From Octopus bimaculoides (Eukaryota): a stretch of DNA of 64,000 nt. Every line of letters starts with the position of its first letter. Within the stretch, counting starts at the first letter, position 1. Positions 1 to 12,982 of this stretch are shown piece by piece. Where the stretch lies: assembly GCF_001194135.2 (NCBI RefSeq), contig NC_068981.1, forward strand, positions 159,873,880 through 159,937,879, read 5' to 3'. Both the position numbers and the translations under genes were made by a program. Under the pieces are notes generated by a model that worked only from the letters and a program-made list of their open reading frames with translations, did not search any database and was not told the DNA's origin.

Positions 1-859
1 ATCTCCTGTCGAGGATTTGAATATAATGTAATATTACTTACTAGATATTGTCTAGATATTGATTTTTCTTCTACAGATAGTCAAAGTTTCAGACTTATAG
101 AGGAAGGAGAATGAGATTAAAAGATATTTTTCAGTGGTATTGGCAATGAAATAGAAATGAAATAGTTATCAGAAGTGAGTCACATACTTAGATAGCTGGG
201 AGCTATTTTAAATTTGTAGTTATAATTTATTAACTATTCATATCAATAAACTACGTCCCTTTTAATCAAATGCTGTTTCTAACAATAATTCCATTAAATT
301 TCTCTGATTCGTTTATTAGTTAGATATCAGATCTTTTTGTTAAAGAGTACTCAGCTTTAGCATAGACAATACAACTAGTTAGTTCTTGGAACTCTAAATC
401 CACAAGTCCTGATTTTATTTGTAGTTGAGACCATTATGTTTCACCCTTAAGAGAGACATAAGCATCACACAATCTCATTTAGATAATTAAAAATGTTTCT
501 TAAATGTGGCACTGTCACTAAATTATGCAAGGCATATATCAGGTATGGGCTAAATATATTGAGGAAAGAAGTATAATGAGATGATGTAATCTCCTTACAT
601 AACTGTTGATGAACAAACAATTTTTTGTGAGTTTGTATTAGTGGAATGTGATAGTTTGGTTAATATTTTATTATCAGTAATAATTACTGAACCAAATATA
701 CCAAAGCTCATCCATCTCTCTAGCCTACAACACTCAGTTTCACATCTGTAATACAGCCACATTAGACACAGGGTAATATTTTGATACAATTAAAAATATA
801 AAAAAGCACATCTTATATGCCAGAAAATATGGTATCTTTGCTTTTTCACACTTCCAGGT

Positions 860-1470
860 TCAGTAAAATAGATTCCAGAAAGAGGTTTTCGAACACAACC
901 TCAATCTGGTGACTAAAACTAACAGATGAATGAAACAAAATGGTGGAGGTTTGTCTCCTCACAAGTGATATAAACAGCAGTCCATTTTGCACCAAAAGTC
1001 AATATGAGAGACATGTCCAAGATGTGGGCTGCATGATGAAACCATCCTGCATGCTTTTGTACACTATCAGAAGCTTTCAGGCTTGATAATCTACGTTGAA
1101 CATGTGCTGTCACACTTAGGCAGAGTACAGCTATCAGCTGAATCTATAATAAAAACTGTGTCGCCCACTGGACTCTCGAAGGAAGGTGAGGCATGTTTTC
1201 TCCTAACAGTGGCAGTGTTGAAAGAGTGTGTTTGGAAGATGAGACTGCAAGGACTCGTGACGGGAACCTTGATCTCTGGCCCCGGATTGCTCACTTTTTC
1301 CAGATATCACCTGAAGAGCAAGATAGGGCTGGAGAGGTGTGTTTAAGAAAAGATGGAAGGCTGTGGTAAGAAAGGTGGGTGCAAGTGACCCAGATTAATC
1401 TCCATGGAGAAAGATAAAGGTATAGTCGCTGGGCTTTTCGCCCATCAGGGTGAATCCCCACTGGCAAAAA
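860..1470 (+). mobile_element. Tx1/L1-clade LINE 3' relic
   Basis: TCPRCGLHDETILHAFVHY at about 1011-1066 is a decayed CCHC zinc knuckle. It is followed by an L1/Tx1-like C-terminal region (ORF 1083..1346) and an A-rich end near 1465. Boundaries approximate. Confidence 0.55.
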
Positions 1471-1489
1471 ATTATAAAAAATATATTAT

Positions 1490-1657
1490 ATTATACTCTC
1501 AGAGTGGTTGGCGTTAGGAAGGGCATCCAGCTGTAGAAACTCTGCCAGATCAGATTGGAGTCTGGTGTAGCCATCTGGTTCGCCAGTCCCCAGTCAAATC
1601 GTCCAACCCATGCTAGCATGGAAAGTGGACGTTAAATGATGATGATGATGATGATGA
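1490..1657 (+). mobile_element. Short 3' tail copy of the RTE LINE with (GAT)n tail
   Basis: Near-identical to 47120-47285, the 3' end of the RTE element. Confidence 0.85.
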
Positions 1658-2031
1658 TTGATTCGTATAATCATCAAAATTTTAAAATTAAGTTTCATTC
1701 GAACTCACATTAACATTTATCTGTTTGTTCTGTCTTGTTTGTCCCTTCTGTGTTAGATAATCATTATCTTCATAAAGAAAGCATCTCTCTCTAGAGGTTG
1801 GACAAGCATCTATCATTGATAAGACCAAGGAAGGTTGAAATCATGTGACCTGGTGGTCTCAACACTGGAAGTGGCAAGTATTTATCTCCCCACTAGTGAT
1901 ATAAACAACAGTGCCAATATGAGAGTTTCCCCTGATGGTCACTACTGCAGTATAGTTTGTTCAAACAGAACATCCACATTTAAAATTTAAATTACAAAAT
2001 TAAAATTGATGTAGTTTTCATTGATTTTTAC

Positions 2032-2144
2032 CTCTCTGCATACAAAGCATTCAACTGGAAAGGTCAGCATAATGGTGATTGTATAAACAATCCGTGCTAC
2101 ATTTACTAGGCTGTCATTGTAGCAATAATTCTCAAGAAGATCTC
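2032..2144 (-). CDS. SLC38A11: SLC38A11-like exon (GDLLENYCYNDSLVNVARIVYTITIMLTFPVECFVCRE); remaining C-terminal exons not found in window
   Basis: tatatttcag|GA...GAG|gtaaaa; 113 nt, phase 1 to 0; GDLxENYC and LTxPxECFVxRE motifs. Confidence 0.95.
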
Positions 2145-2405
2145 CTGAAATATAAAATGATAATTAAAAGACATGTACATAAAGCTTTCTCAATAAATCA
2201 AACTAATTAGATGCATGTGGATTAAATTCTAATATTTTAGCTGTAAATGTTAATTTGAAACAGGAAAGGGAAATTAGCTCATAAATCAGGAAACATTCTA
2301 GAATTTCATAAGCCTTACACTTGTCTCAAGAAGCTTCAGAGTATTGTAAATATTCCTGCTTGAATTCAGTAAACAATAAAAGCAAGACAAAAAAATATGA
2401 TTATA

Positions 2406-3683
2406 CAGGATGGAGCAGAGAGGATGGACGTTTTTGAAAAATTCACAAAATCATTAATTTTAGCTGCAAACAAATTCTATTGATATTAGTGTATTTATAT
2501 TGAATTAGCATTTGTTAAAATTAAGTGTGGAAAACAACATCCATCATGTGGTATCCGTTTTTATTGATGCATTTCTGAAGGCGTTCTTGGAAGTTGGCCT
2601 CCACTCTCTCCAGCATTGCTCTGTTGATTTGGCAAATAGCTTCCTTCAAATCAACCAATGTCCGGGGCTTATGTGCATACACACGTGCCTTGAGGTTTCC
2701 TCATAAGAGATAATCCCACATAGACAAATTAGGGGACTGAGAGGGCTAACAAATGTCAGCAAACCTAGAAAGGAGGTGGTCACTGAAGAGAGGGCAAAAA
2801 TACCCATTGATGCTCTGGCTGTGTTTGCCGTCACCCCATCACACATAAAATAGGCAGACGTTTTCATCATAATTCAGGCACAAAGAAGTTGTTTAACATC
2901 TCAATGTAATGCTTGGAGTTTCCAGTAACAGCATTTCCATTATTGTCTTAAAAAAAGTAAGGACCAATGATGGTAGCTTTTCCAACAGCAAACCAGACTG
3001 TCACTTTTGGGCTGTGCAGTAGTCTTTTGTACAGTTCTCTCAGATTTTCAAGCACCCAATAATGACAGTTCTGTTGATTTACCATGCCATTGAGATAAAA
3101 ATGAGCTTCATCACTTATTAACAAAATGAAGTTGTCATTTGCCTCAAAAATTGCTTCCCTCTGACATGTGAAGTTAAGACACTGTGTATAGTCCCATGGT
3201 TTCAACTGTTGTCCAATGACCAATTTGTACAGGTGGAAATGCAGGTTTTCATGCAAAATATATCTTACCAATCGATTACTGATGCTAAGTTCAGTGGAAT
3301 GTCTCCGAGCAGAGTGATTCAGACTCAAAGCTTGTCTGATGCATTCCACATTTTCTAGGGTTTCCTATTCATTAGTGTACCTCATGTACAAAGTGCGTTC
3401 ACCCAACATCAGATTGTGTTTTGGGTGGGAACAGCCTGAACTCAGTGAATGTTGAAGTGGTGCCAAAACTCACAGTGAACTGCTGTCACAGACTCATTAT
3501 TCTTCACGTAACTGTTGTAGACAAACACGCGATACTCTATCAACCATAGCGCCATGGCTTCGCCTGAAAACTAAAAAATGTTAAGACACCACGGACCAAA
3601 TGGTATGCATTAGACATATGTTCCTTCCACTGGGGCTGAGCAATAGCCATTTCAAAAACGTCCATCCTCTCTGCCCCACCCTG
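2406..3683 (-). mobile_element. Full-length decayed ITm transposon, DD41D (rosa/VS-type)
   Basis: About 34-bp TIRs: CAGGATGGAGCAGAGAGGATGGACGTTTTTGAAA versus the reverse complement of the right end, 2 mismatches, with TA on both sides. Motifs: ISDEAHFYLNG, CDGVTANTA, SPNLSMWDY. The second-to-third Asp spacing is 41 after correcting a 1-nt deletion. Contains stops and frameshifts. Confidence 0.85.
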
Positions 3684-4106
3684 TATCTGTAAATAAATAT
3701 AGAATGCACATTGAATTTGAAATGCTTTTGTTAGTTATCTAACTTTGGACACGTTTTTCCTGTTTAAATTAAATACATTAACTCTATTTGTGAATTCTAT
3801 AAGAATTCTATATGTGAATTTTATGAGAAATCTCATACTGAAAAGTGTTTTTCCCAGGTAGTCACAGTTATAACAAAGGAGATCATCCTTTCTTCATAAT
3901 ATATGATGAGATTAGAAATCTCATCAAATATTATAAAGAAAAAGATGCATAGAATTCACACATTTAATTATTTTTGTTTATCTATTATGAAGTTCTTGTT
4001 ATTTTTAGCTGATGGTAATCGTCTAGTACTATTTCATTCTTTTTAGAAATAATTTTTTTAGAAATGATGTAACTAGTGGTTTATAAATTAGAACACTTTA
4101 CAAAGT

Positions 4107-4171
<65 letters not shown>

Positions 4172-4357
4172 GCAGATGGACAGTCAGACCGACGGACAGC
4201 TATCTCAATCACTAACAATTTTTAACCACAGTTTCTTATGCATCCTACTAATAAAACACACCAGCAACACACAAAAACTTTTCTCCAAAAGCAAATGTAA
4301 ACTGAAAAGGGAAAATACATCAATGAATATTTATATGTATAGATATAATTTACCAAC

Positions 4358-4519
4358 CCTGCGTGTAACCTGTGAAAGACACATAACCAACAATTCCAAA
4401 TAGTAAGGTAAAAACTGTTGCTGCTGCTATGCTGGCGTGAGTTACATATCCCCATCTTGCTGTTGTTGGGTTCTCAAGTGATGTGTGTATCATGAAAGTA
4501 TTGTGATGGCAGACATAAG
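4358..4519 (-). CDS. SLC38A11: SLC38A11-like exon (AYVCHHNTFMIHTSLENPTTARW...GYVSFTGYTQ-G)
   Basis: ttatttccag|CT...CAGG|gttggt; 162 nt, phase 1 to 1; FAxxCHHN motif diagnostic of SLC38A11; contained in ORF-track entry 4350..4577. Confidence 0.95.
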
Positions 4520-4815
4520 CTGGAAATAAAATAGAAATAAACATCTTAGCAATATCTTTGAAGAGGCCTGGCAACATAATCTAAACAGACTAGTTCTTCC
4601 ATTTTTCTTTATGTCAGGTATCTTCTGTTTCTTTGTTTTTCTTTACAGTATGGAAATGATGTGGTGTTTATTAACGATTATGCTTACGATTATAGCAGTA
4701 GAAAATAATTTACGAAGTAATGATTTGTTCAGTCAAGTTTATTTTTTCTTCAAGTAGACACTGGAAAGAAATGAAATAAATATAGAAAGTCTATACAGTC
4801 AAAACATATTCTTAC

Positions 4816-4886
4816 CAAATGATATGATTCCTAAAGCATCTGTAAAATGTCCATTGGCAAAAGACCATGCATTGGGTGTTGCAGGA
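4816..4886 (-). CDS. SLC38A11: SLC38A11-like exon (PATPNAWSFANGHFTDALGIISF-A)
   Basis: tttctctctcag|T...TTTG|gtaaga; 71 nt, phase 2 to 1. Confidence 0.92.
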
Positions 4887-5291
4887 CTGAGAGAGAAAAA
4901 AATGTTTTATGGTTGGTGTTGTTTAATTAAGACATTATATATTCACATGTAAATATTTTTAGATGGTGTATTGCTACAGTATTGTGAAATTTGATAGACA
5001 CAGTTTACCAGTGTGGAAGTCCATCAAATGGAACACCGTTGCACATACTGTCTGTCTGAGTATTATACTACATGTACTAATAACTGTGGAATATTCAACT
5101 ACTTACATTGTAATACAATAAATATGTAGTTCTGTCTGAGCACTTAGAAAACTCCTTATTGAGATCATTTACTCTGTGTGTTTATTTTTATTCTTTATCT
5201 ATTTTATACGTAAACCAAAACAACAGAAATATAAATGTGACAAACTTGACTATTTCTTTGTACATTTTGCCAAAAAAAAATTAATGAACAG

Positions 5292-5356
5292 CCCTCATTG
5301 AGTTTCAAACCTTATTGTGATTCTCATCAGGAGTGTCTACGTTAACTTGACCAATC
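5292..5356 (-). ncRNA. Degenerate hammerhead-ribozyme-like motif
   Basis: Minus strand reads AUUG-GUC-AAGU-UAACGUAGAC-ACUC-CUGAUGA-GAAUC-ACAAUAA-GGUUU-GAAAC-UCAAU, i.e. both conserved core segments with a 5-bp helix II. It has three deviations from an active fold. Confidence 0.45.
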
Positions 5357-6704
5357 ACAGAGAAACAAGTAGCCAGTCACAGGAAAGGTTTGCCACACAG
5401 ATTCCTCAAAACTGAGCCACCTAGCAGGCGATCTAGGGGTAGACCATAAGCAAAAAGGTGGGTGAATATCCATAGTCTCAGTAGGTCATGCTTGGGAATC
5501 CAGCTAGAAAGTGTGATGATGGTTGCTTCTGGTAGGACCTTATGGAGAAGGTGCCTGAGAACTACCCCCATGAATAGTGTGCGTTGAAAATGGAGGGTAA
5601 GATGAGCTACAGCTTTATCATTTTCTTTGTTAAATATTTTGCTTTGATATTTTGCTTATATATAGTGGTGCAAGAAATACATATATTTTTCTGCACCCAT
5701 TTAATAAGTCCTGTCACTTAGTTTTTCACAAAGTACCATATATATTCATTGTTGTTTCCTGATTACCTCTGTTGGTTTATATGAATTATCTTTAGGTTAC
5801 AAACAAGCATTATAATAAGGTGCCCATGTACTTCCACCCACCTTCATTTATTGACATATATATCCTGCTATAGCCTACATTTCTTTCTTCTTTTTTTTTT
5901 AAAACTAATAAGAGTTCCATAGACAGCAGTAAACGTTAACAAATGGGGCAATTCAGTATATTACATATGGCAATTTCATTATTTTAATGGTTCACAACCT
6001 GACAAGAATCTTAGACAAATTTATTTATTAAAGCAAAATGTATACAAAATTAGCAATTTCTTTAATGTAATTTTCCACAATCTGGGAAGATCTTTAGATA
6101 ATTGAAATTTAGCAATGAAATTAATTATGTAACATGTTAAATTTGGCAGTATATAATAAAAGGATGATTGTTTGAGGCAATTTAACAAATTAGCAAAAGA
6201 CTGAATAATTTTTAACAATTAAATTTTAATTATGAAAATTGGTAATTTTTTTTACATAATTGGTAAATGACTGTTGTAATTTAATAATTTTTTTTTTTTA
6301 ATGTTGAAGAATTTTTGGTAAAATGCCTGACAATTTTCAAAAATTAGCAAAATATGGCAAAGGATGAATGTCTGTGACAACTTGGCTCCAGAAATGGTAA
6401 AAAGATTCTTATTCAGATTAGCATGAAACATTACTGTTGGCCATTTTACTATAAGTTACTGCTATCTGCTGGATTTTCCTCCATTTGAGATAAAGAGCTC
6501 CCATGAAAACTTGTCACATATACATAAGCAAACACTCATACATATTTTCATATATGATTACTCATATACATATCTATATATATCTTTATATTGAAAACTT
6601 TGATAATAAAAGTCAATGATGATAACGTTACAAATGACTTGATCTGTAAAGACAACTGGAATTGATAGTGGGAAAATTTTGTATCAGAATATTTTAATAC
6701 TCAC

Positions 6705-6784
6705 ACCTTTGCTGTCATTGTAGGAAGACGAAAAATGATGACTAAGACAACAAAGAATATTAATAACAATGCCAGACCTGCCCA
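6705..6784 (-). CDS. SLC38A11: SLC38A11-like exon (WAGLALLLIFFVVLVIIFRLPTMTAKV)
   Basis: tcttttgtttcag|TGG...AAGGT|gtgagt; 80 nt, phase 0 to 2; hydrophobic TM segment. Confidence 0.88.
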
Positions 6785-7409
6785 CTGAAACAAAAGAGAT
6801 AGAAAAATTATTAAAGGACACTGAATAAGTATCAATTTTAAAGCTTCAAATATCAAGTTACACTGAAATTATAAATGTGAAAACATAAGAGCACACACAT
6901 TCTTGAAAGATAAATTATTGTATTTGCTGGTGTTTAAGATGCACTCTTGCAGTAGATGCACATCTATTTTACAAATATATTTTGTGGAAAAATGAATTCA
7001 GTATGTTTCATCATACACTTACTGAAAGATATTTTAAAGTGGCTTTGTAGGGGAAATGCACAACTCTGTGCATGTAAATACAATATTGAGACAAAATACT
7101 GGAATAAGGTATGAAATCATAAATTTATCCAGTATGTCTGTCAACTTTTAACTAAGCTATAAAGAGAAGAAGTTGTAGGGTGTGATTTGAGGGAGATGTA
7201 GCTACTATGTTTTGCAGATCTTGTGATTGCATGGAGACTCATTGACTATTTCAAGACAGTAGGAGAGGTTTGGAGCCAACTAGTTTAGAAAAAACAGAGA
7301 CTGTTGGAAGAGGTAAAGAAAAGGTACAGTGCAGCAATCATCAATTAAATATTTTATAGAAAGTAGTACAAAATCTGAAAATAGTTAGTATTGTTTATCA
7401 GCAAGACTG

Positions 7410-7624
7410 GCTTCAAGTTTTGGCACAATGCCAGCAATTTCAGGGGAGGGGTTAAGTCAATTAGAACAACCTCAGTTTTCAACTGGTATTTATTTTATCG
7501 ACTCCTAAAAGATGAAAGGCAAAGTCAACCTTGGCAAATTTGAACTCAGAACATAAAAATAGACAAATACTGCTAAGCATTTTGTTCAGCATACTAACTA
7601 TTCTGCCAACTTGCCACCTTAATT
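7410..7624 (-). mobile_element. tRNA-derived SINE (family B, AAT-tailed)
   Basis: Reversed B-box-like tgaactcagaac and a shared body (ggcacaag..., aaaggcaaagtcaacc) found in many copies in the window. Confidence 0.75.
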
Positions 7625-8119
7625 AGCAAGAAAAATATTAAGTGCTGCAAAAATTTAGAAAAATACAGTGCAATGGTTGAACACTGTGAAAACAATGGAC
7701 GAGAGGCAATATATTTTCCTAGGGAAAAAGATTTTAGAGGGTTCACTCAATATTCAGGAGTCTAAGATAAGTTGAAAAGGGGACAAAAGATGTTGGCAGA
7801 AAATTGTTAGAAGTCACTGAGAAAGCAAGCAATTACATCTGGCTCAAGAGAGAGAATGAGTGGTGCAGCAATAATGAGCATCAAGGGATGGCAAAAACAT
7901 CTGGCCCAGAGCTATGACATCCGATTCAACAAAGTCCATGCTGGTGTGTGGGAGTTTTGTCGCCTGCATTGGTGAGTAGCCAGTAGGATGTGTATACACA
8001 CACACACACACACACATAATGGACAACTTTGTTGGCCCAAGATAACAATAAATGGTTATCAAAGAATATAGTTTCATTATTTTGCCTTATATGATGCAAC
8101 TATATTATAATAACACAAA

Positions 8120-9175
8120 TAATAATTCCTTCTGATTTTGGCACAAGGCCAGCAATTTTGAAGAGAAGAGACAAGTCATCATCTCTAGTACTTGACTGGT
8201 ACATTATTGTACTGACTCTAAAATTATGAAAGGCAAAGTTTATGTTAGCAGGGTTTGAGCTCAGCACACAAGCAAACAAAAAAACTGCCTCTAAGAATTT
8301 TGTCTGATGTGATAAGGATTCTGTCGGCTTGCTGCCTTAATGATTCTAATAGCTTCAAATTTTAGTACAAGGCCAGCAATTTTAAGATTTTAGGGTGGGA
8401 ACAGTCATTGATTATATTGACCCCAGTGCTTGGTTGTTACTTATTTAACCAATTCTGAAAGTATGACAGGCAAAGGTGACCTTGGCAGAATTTGAACTCA
8501 AAATGTAAAGAGCCAAAAGAAATGCTGCCAAGCATTTTGTTTAATACAATAATGATTCTGTCAGCTCACTGCCTTAATGACATATGTAACAATGGTTTCA
8601 AATTTTGGTACAGGGTCAGCAGTTTTTGAGGGGAGGGGAAGGGTCAATTACATTGACCTCAGTACTTGACTGATGCTTATTTTATCACCCCTGACAGGAT
8701 GAAAGGCAAAGTCAATCATGGCAGAATTTAAACTCTGAATATAAAGACAGACAAAATGCCACTAATCATTTTGTCTGGCATGCTAATGATTATGCCAGTT
8801 TACCACTTTAATGATACATATATGAATGGTTTCAAATTTTGGCACAAGCCCAGCAATTTTAAGTTACAAACCCACTGCTCAACTGATACTTATTTTATCA
8901 ACCCTGAAAGGATGAAAGTCAACCTTAATGGAATAACACATAATAATCCTTTCTACTGGAGGCACAAGGTCTCAGATTTGTGGGGCGGGGACTAGTCGAT
9001 TACATCAACCCCAGTGTTTCACTGGTACTTAATTTATCAACCCCAAAAGGATGAACAGCAAAGTCAACCTTGGCAGAATTTGAACTCAGAATGTAGCAGC
9101 AAACGAAATACTGCAAAACATTTCATCCAGCACACTAACAGTTCTACCAGCTCACCGCCTTAATAACACATATAA
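8120..9175 (-). mobile_element. Head-to-tail cluster of five diverged family-B SINE copies
   Basis: Units at about 8120-8342, 8343-8578, 8590-8810, 8820-8935 (partial) and 8940-9175, all in the same orientation. Confidence 0.8.
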
Positions 9176-9539
9176 TAATAACACATAAAAGTACCCGTTT
9201 GTTGCAGATTTCGAATAATGTCTAATAAAATTACTTCATCTAATGTTCCACTCAAACTAAGCTGACTAAAGTTGCTGAAACAAGTGTCCCATTATTTTTA
9301 CCTTGTACATTTTCCACAAAGAGCACAAAATGAGAGAGAGAGACTGATCAATAAAATAAAAACACATAGAATAAAAACAAATAAAAGCAAACAAAAATAA
9401 ATATTTTCCATTGACATTTAACAGTTGGGTTTCACTTAATGCACTTTCTTAACAGCAGACATGCTTCGTAGTTTGATTTCACACTCATCAACATGCTTAA
9501 ATACCATCTCTTAGATATTTCCTTCTTCATATCGAATAA

Positions 9540-10320
9540 CCTTCTATGCATGCATGGGTGTGTGTATATGTGCATGTGTGTATGTTTGAATGCTTCTTCT
9601 ATATGCACGTGTGTGTATGCATATATATATTTGTGTGTTGGTATGAGATGTGTGCTCTGTGTATGTGTGTATGTGCATGTGTGTACATGTGGTGTGTGTA
9701 TTGTCAGTGTGTTCAAATAGACACATGTGTTTGTATCAGTGTGTACATGTGCATGTATGTGTGTGTATGTAGATGTATGTGCATGCATGTTTGTATGCAT
9801 GTGTACATACACATCAACATGGATGATCTTGTATGCCTACATGTACTTGTTTGTGTATAGTATGCATGTGTGTTTTGTGTGAGAGCATGCATGCTTGTAT
9901 GCATGTATGCATGCACATGTGACTGGGTGATCTTTTGTACCTGCATGTGATTATGTTTGTGTATGTGTTTGTATGTGTGAGTACATGTACGTTTGTATGC
10001 ATGTATGTATGCACTTGCATGTGAGTGATCTTGTATGCTTCCTTGTATGTTTGTGTGTGTGTGTGTGTGCGTGTGTGTGCATGTGCTTGTATATGTGTGC
10101 AATTGTGTGTGTGTGTGCATGCATGTTTGTATGCATGTCTGCATGGATGATTTTGTGTTATTTGTGTGTGTATATGTATTTATAGGTATGCATGCATGCA
10201 CATATGTGTACATGATCTTTTGTATCAGTATGTGTTTGTTTGAGTGTGCATATGCTTGTGTGTCGGCATGTGTATGTATGCACAAGTGCATAGGTATATG
10301 TATGAGTGAGTGTGTATGTT
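9540..10320. repeat. About 780-bp degenerate (TG/TA/CA)n alternating purine-pyrimidine tract
   Basis: Continuous tgtg/tatg/catg low-complexity sequence; source of the His/Thr and Val/Cys-rich ORFs in the track. Confidence 0.9.
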
Positions 10321-12457
10321 AATTGATTTCTCTTTTCTTCTCTGTTAAAATAATTTCCCCATTACCATGTTTACTGATTTCAATTGAAATATTTCCGATC
10401 TATCATGAAAGAGGAAATCCTTCAAGAAGTTTAGAATGTCATCGGTCTCACTATACTGATAAATAAAACAATCTTGCATTCTGTTGTTGTTGTTGTTGCT
10501 GCTGTTTTCATCATCATCGTCTTTAACATCTTTGTTGTCATCATAATTTTTATTCTTGTACTTGTTTATGTTGATGTTTTTCATATTGGTGGCGGTGGTT
10601 GGGGTTTATGTGATTAAAGTGTAAGTGTCTGTGGGCGGGATGATGATGGTGGAATGATAGTAAGAGTCTGGAATAAGGAGCAGGGGGATGAGGCTGTAAC
10701 AGGCAGACGGGGTGCACTATATATAGTAGAGCAGCTTCTTCAAGTTAAGCACATTATTATGAATGGAAATGAGATCCAGTCAATACTCTGAAATGCATGC
10801 TTCTTAACTATTCATTATTAAAAAATACTCCTCAAAAGCTAGAAGAGGAAACCAGGATCTAATTTTTAATAGGTTTTTAAAAATTCAAATCAAACCAATT
10901 TGAAAGAAAGAAATTGAAGTAATATAGGACCACCTTAATACCTTTTGATACCAACCCACCTCAGACTGACCCTGGCTCCATGATGAAAATTCAGTATCTT
11001 AAAGTGAACTTAATTAAAAGGTTTCATAAGTGTCATAATTTATGTTCCAAACACCAGGATAATAATGACAGTGTTACTTTACTAAATTCTTCATTATTTT
11101 CAAAACTAATTAAAACAAAAATGTTTTAACAGAAATAGGTTAACAAAAGGGTAAAGAGTTAGATATGTATTTTAATGTATTTTTATCTTCAATTTAGATC
11201 ATGATCTAAATATTTTATTGATTTAGGGTTTTTTTTCCTACAAAACAAATGTTGTATTAAAAATAGACAGAGTCTAAAAGTTCTGACAAATCAAATATGA
11301 TGGGTTGTATGGAATATCTGGGAACATAAGATAAAATGTATTTTTTTATAAGTGCCACACATTTGGTATGGAACAGAGAATGAGGTATAAAATGGATTTA
11401 ATAGTTATCAAGTTAACAGATTATTAGTTAGAACAGTTCATATCCTGCAACTAGCAGTTTGTCATTGTCATCATCATCACCATCAGCATTACTACCCCAC
11501 CACCACCAAAGTCATTATCACCCTAACTTCCACCTCCACTGCCAACACCACCATATCACTGTTGTCATTGTCACCACCATCATCTTCATCATTGTTGTCA
11601 TGCCATCATCTTCATCATCATCATTGTTGTTGTTGTTGTTGTCATTATCATCATCATTTTTTTTTTTTCAATGCTGGCATGCTTTGGAAGTGTCTTACAA
11701 TATTTTGCCACACTTCACAAATACTTTCTCTGTGGCACAAATATCAACAAAGAAAACACCCACCTCTGTTGTGTATTTCTTGCAGTGTGAATAGAATCTC
11801 ATTTATCATTAAAGAGATTGTCAGTAGTTGATCTAAAAGAATCTTCTCTATTCTGAATTAGTTGTGATTTGGAATATCTCCCATCTGAGATAGAAGTTCT
11901 GAGTTGCAACTTGTGGAATTTGCAGTTTCTTTTCATATGCTCCATTTCTGTCATGACTTCTACAACTGAATGTTGTTCCTACCACCATCCACATTACAGC
12001 ATATACTGGGTGCATTTTAGCATGCCACCAGCACTAGAGAAACTGTCTACAATAGGATAAAAAAAACCTATTGGTTCTTATTCAGAATTACTATCTTCCC
12101 AGATTGGTATTCTGTGATGCAGCTGGCAGAGTCCACATCTCCTTTATATATTCTATTTTTGGCAAGGTTTTTATAGCTGGATGCTCTTCCTATCATTGAT
12201 GTAAGTGTGCACATGTATGTGTATATGTGTGTGTATATGCATTTTTGCTTGTGTACATGTGTGCATATCTCATTTTCTTGGATATACACACATATTTACT
12301 CAGACATAAAACATACACACATACATGGGTACAGTTGCTTTCTCTTTATTGCACACACATACAACCACTCTGTAACATGGACTGAATGAATTTTATTGTA
12401 TCACTAGCATCAGCTCTGCACTAAAGACACTTAATTCTCAATAGCTGAGTCCATCTT

Positions 12458-12725
12458 GCTGTAAACCACTTTATGATGATTACAGCTCACTGTATTAAGC
12501 AGTAAAAGCACTACAAAAGTGCCAAACACTTCATTTTATTGCATAGCCTAATTCAACTTCAATGGTTCAAATTTAGAAAAAAATGGCTTTTTTCTCATTT
12601 TACAATATGAAGGTAGAATATTCAGTGATACCTAAAAGACTTGTGCATTGTTGTTCTTATCACCACCCCATCACCAATATCTTATTATTGATATATGATG
12701 ATCAGATGTCATACATAGCATTTTC
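12458..12725 (+). repeat. Left arm of diverged inverted repeat (partner 14728-14996)
   Basis: Aligns by eye to the reverse complement of 14728-14996 over about 270 bp at roughly 75% identity. Confidence 0.8.
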
Positions 12726-12926
12726 AGTCATACTACCACCACTTTCACCGCCACCACCACCTCCTAAAACAACTGCTTTATTGGGGACAGTGAAGATTTT
12801 AGGATTGGTACTTGAGTGGTAAATTTTGTGGAAAGACACTGTGAGATCTTTGACAAGAGGTTGCTGTCTGCTCTTACAGAATTAACTGGAGCAAGTAGAA
12901 TTGAGATTTCTGAGAAGTAAAATGCA

Positions 12927-12980
<54 letters not shown>

Positions 12981-12982
<2 letters not shown>

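Noticed and set aside
595-789. ORF as a missing C-terminal SLC38A11 exon
   Set aside because: No resemblance to the expected TM9-11 sequence and no fitting phase-0 acceptor.
9432-10322. Multiple His/Thr- or Val/Cys-rich ORFs (and similar ORFs at 26039, 38502, 50073, 54893, 57038)
   Set aside because: They are translations of (CA/TG/TA)n microsatellites, with no splice or homology support.
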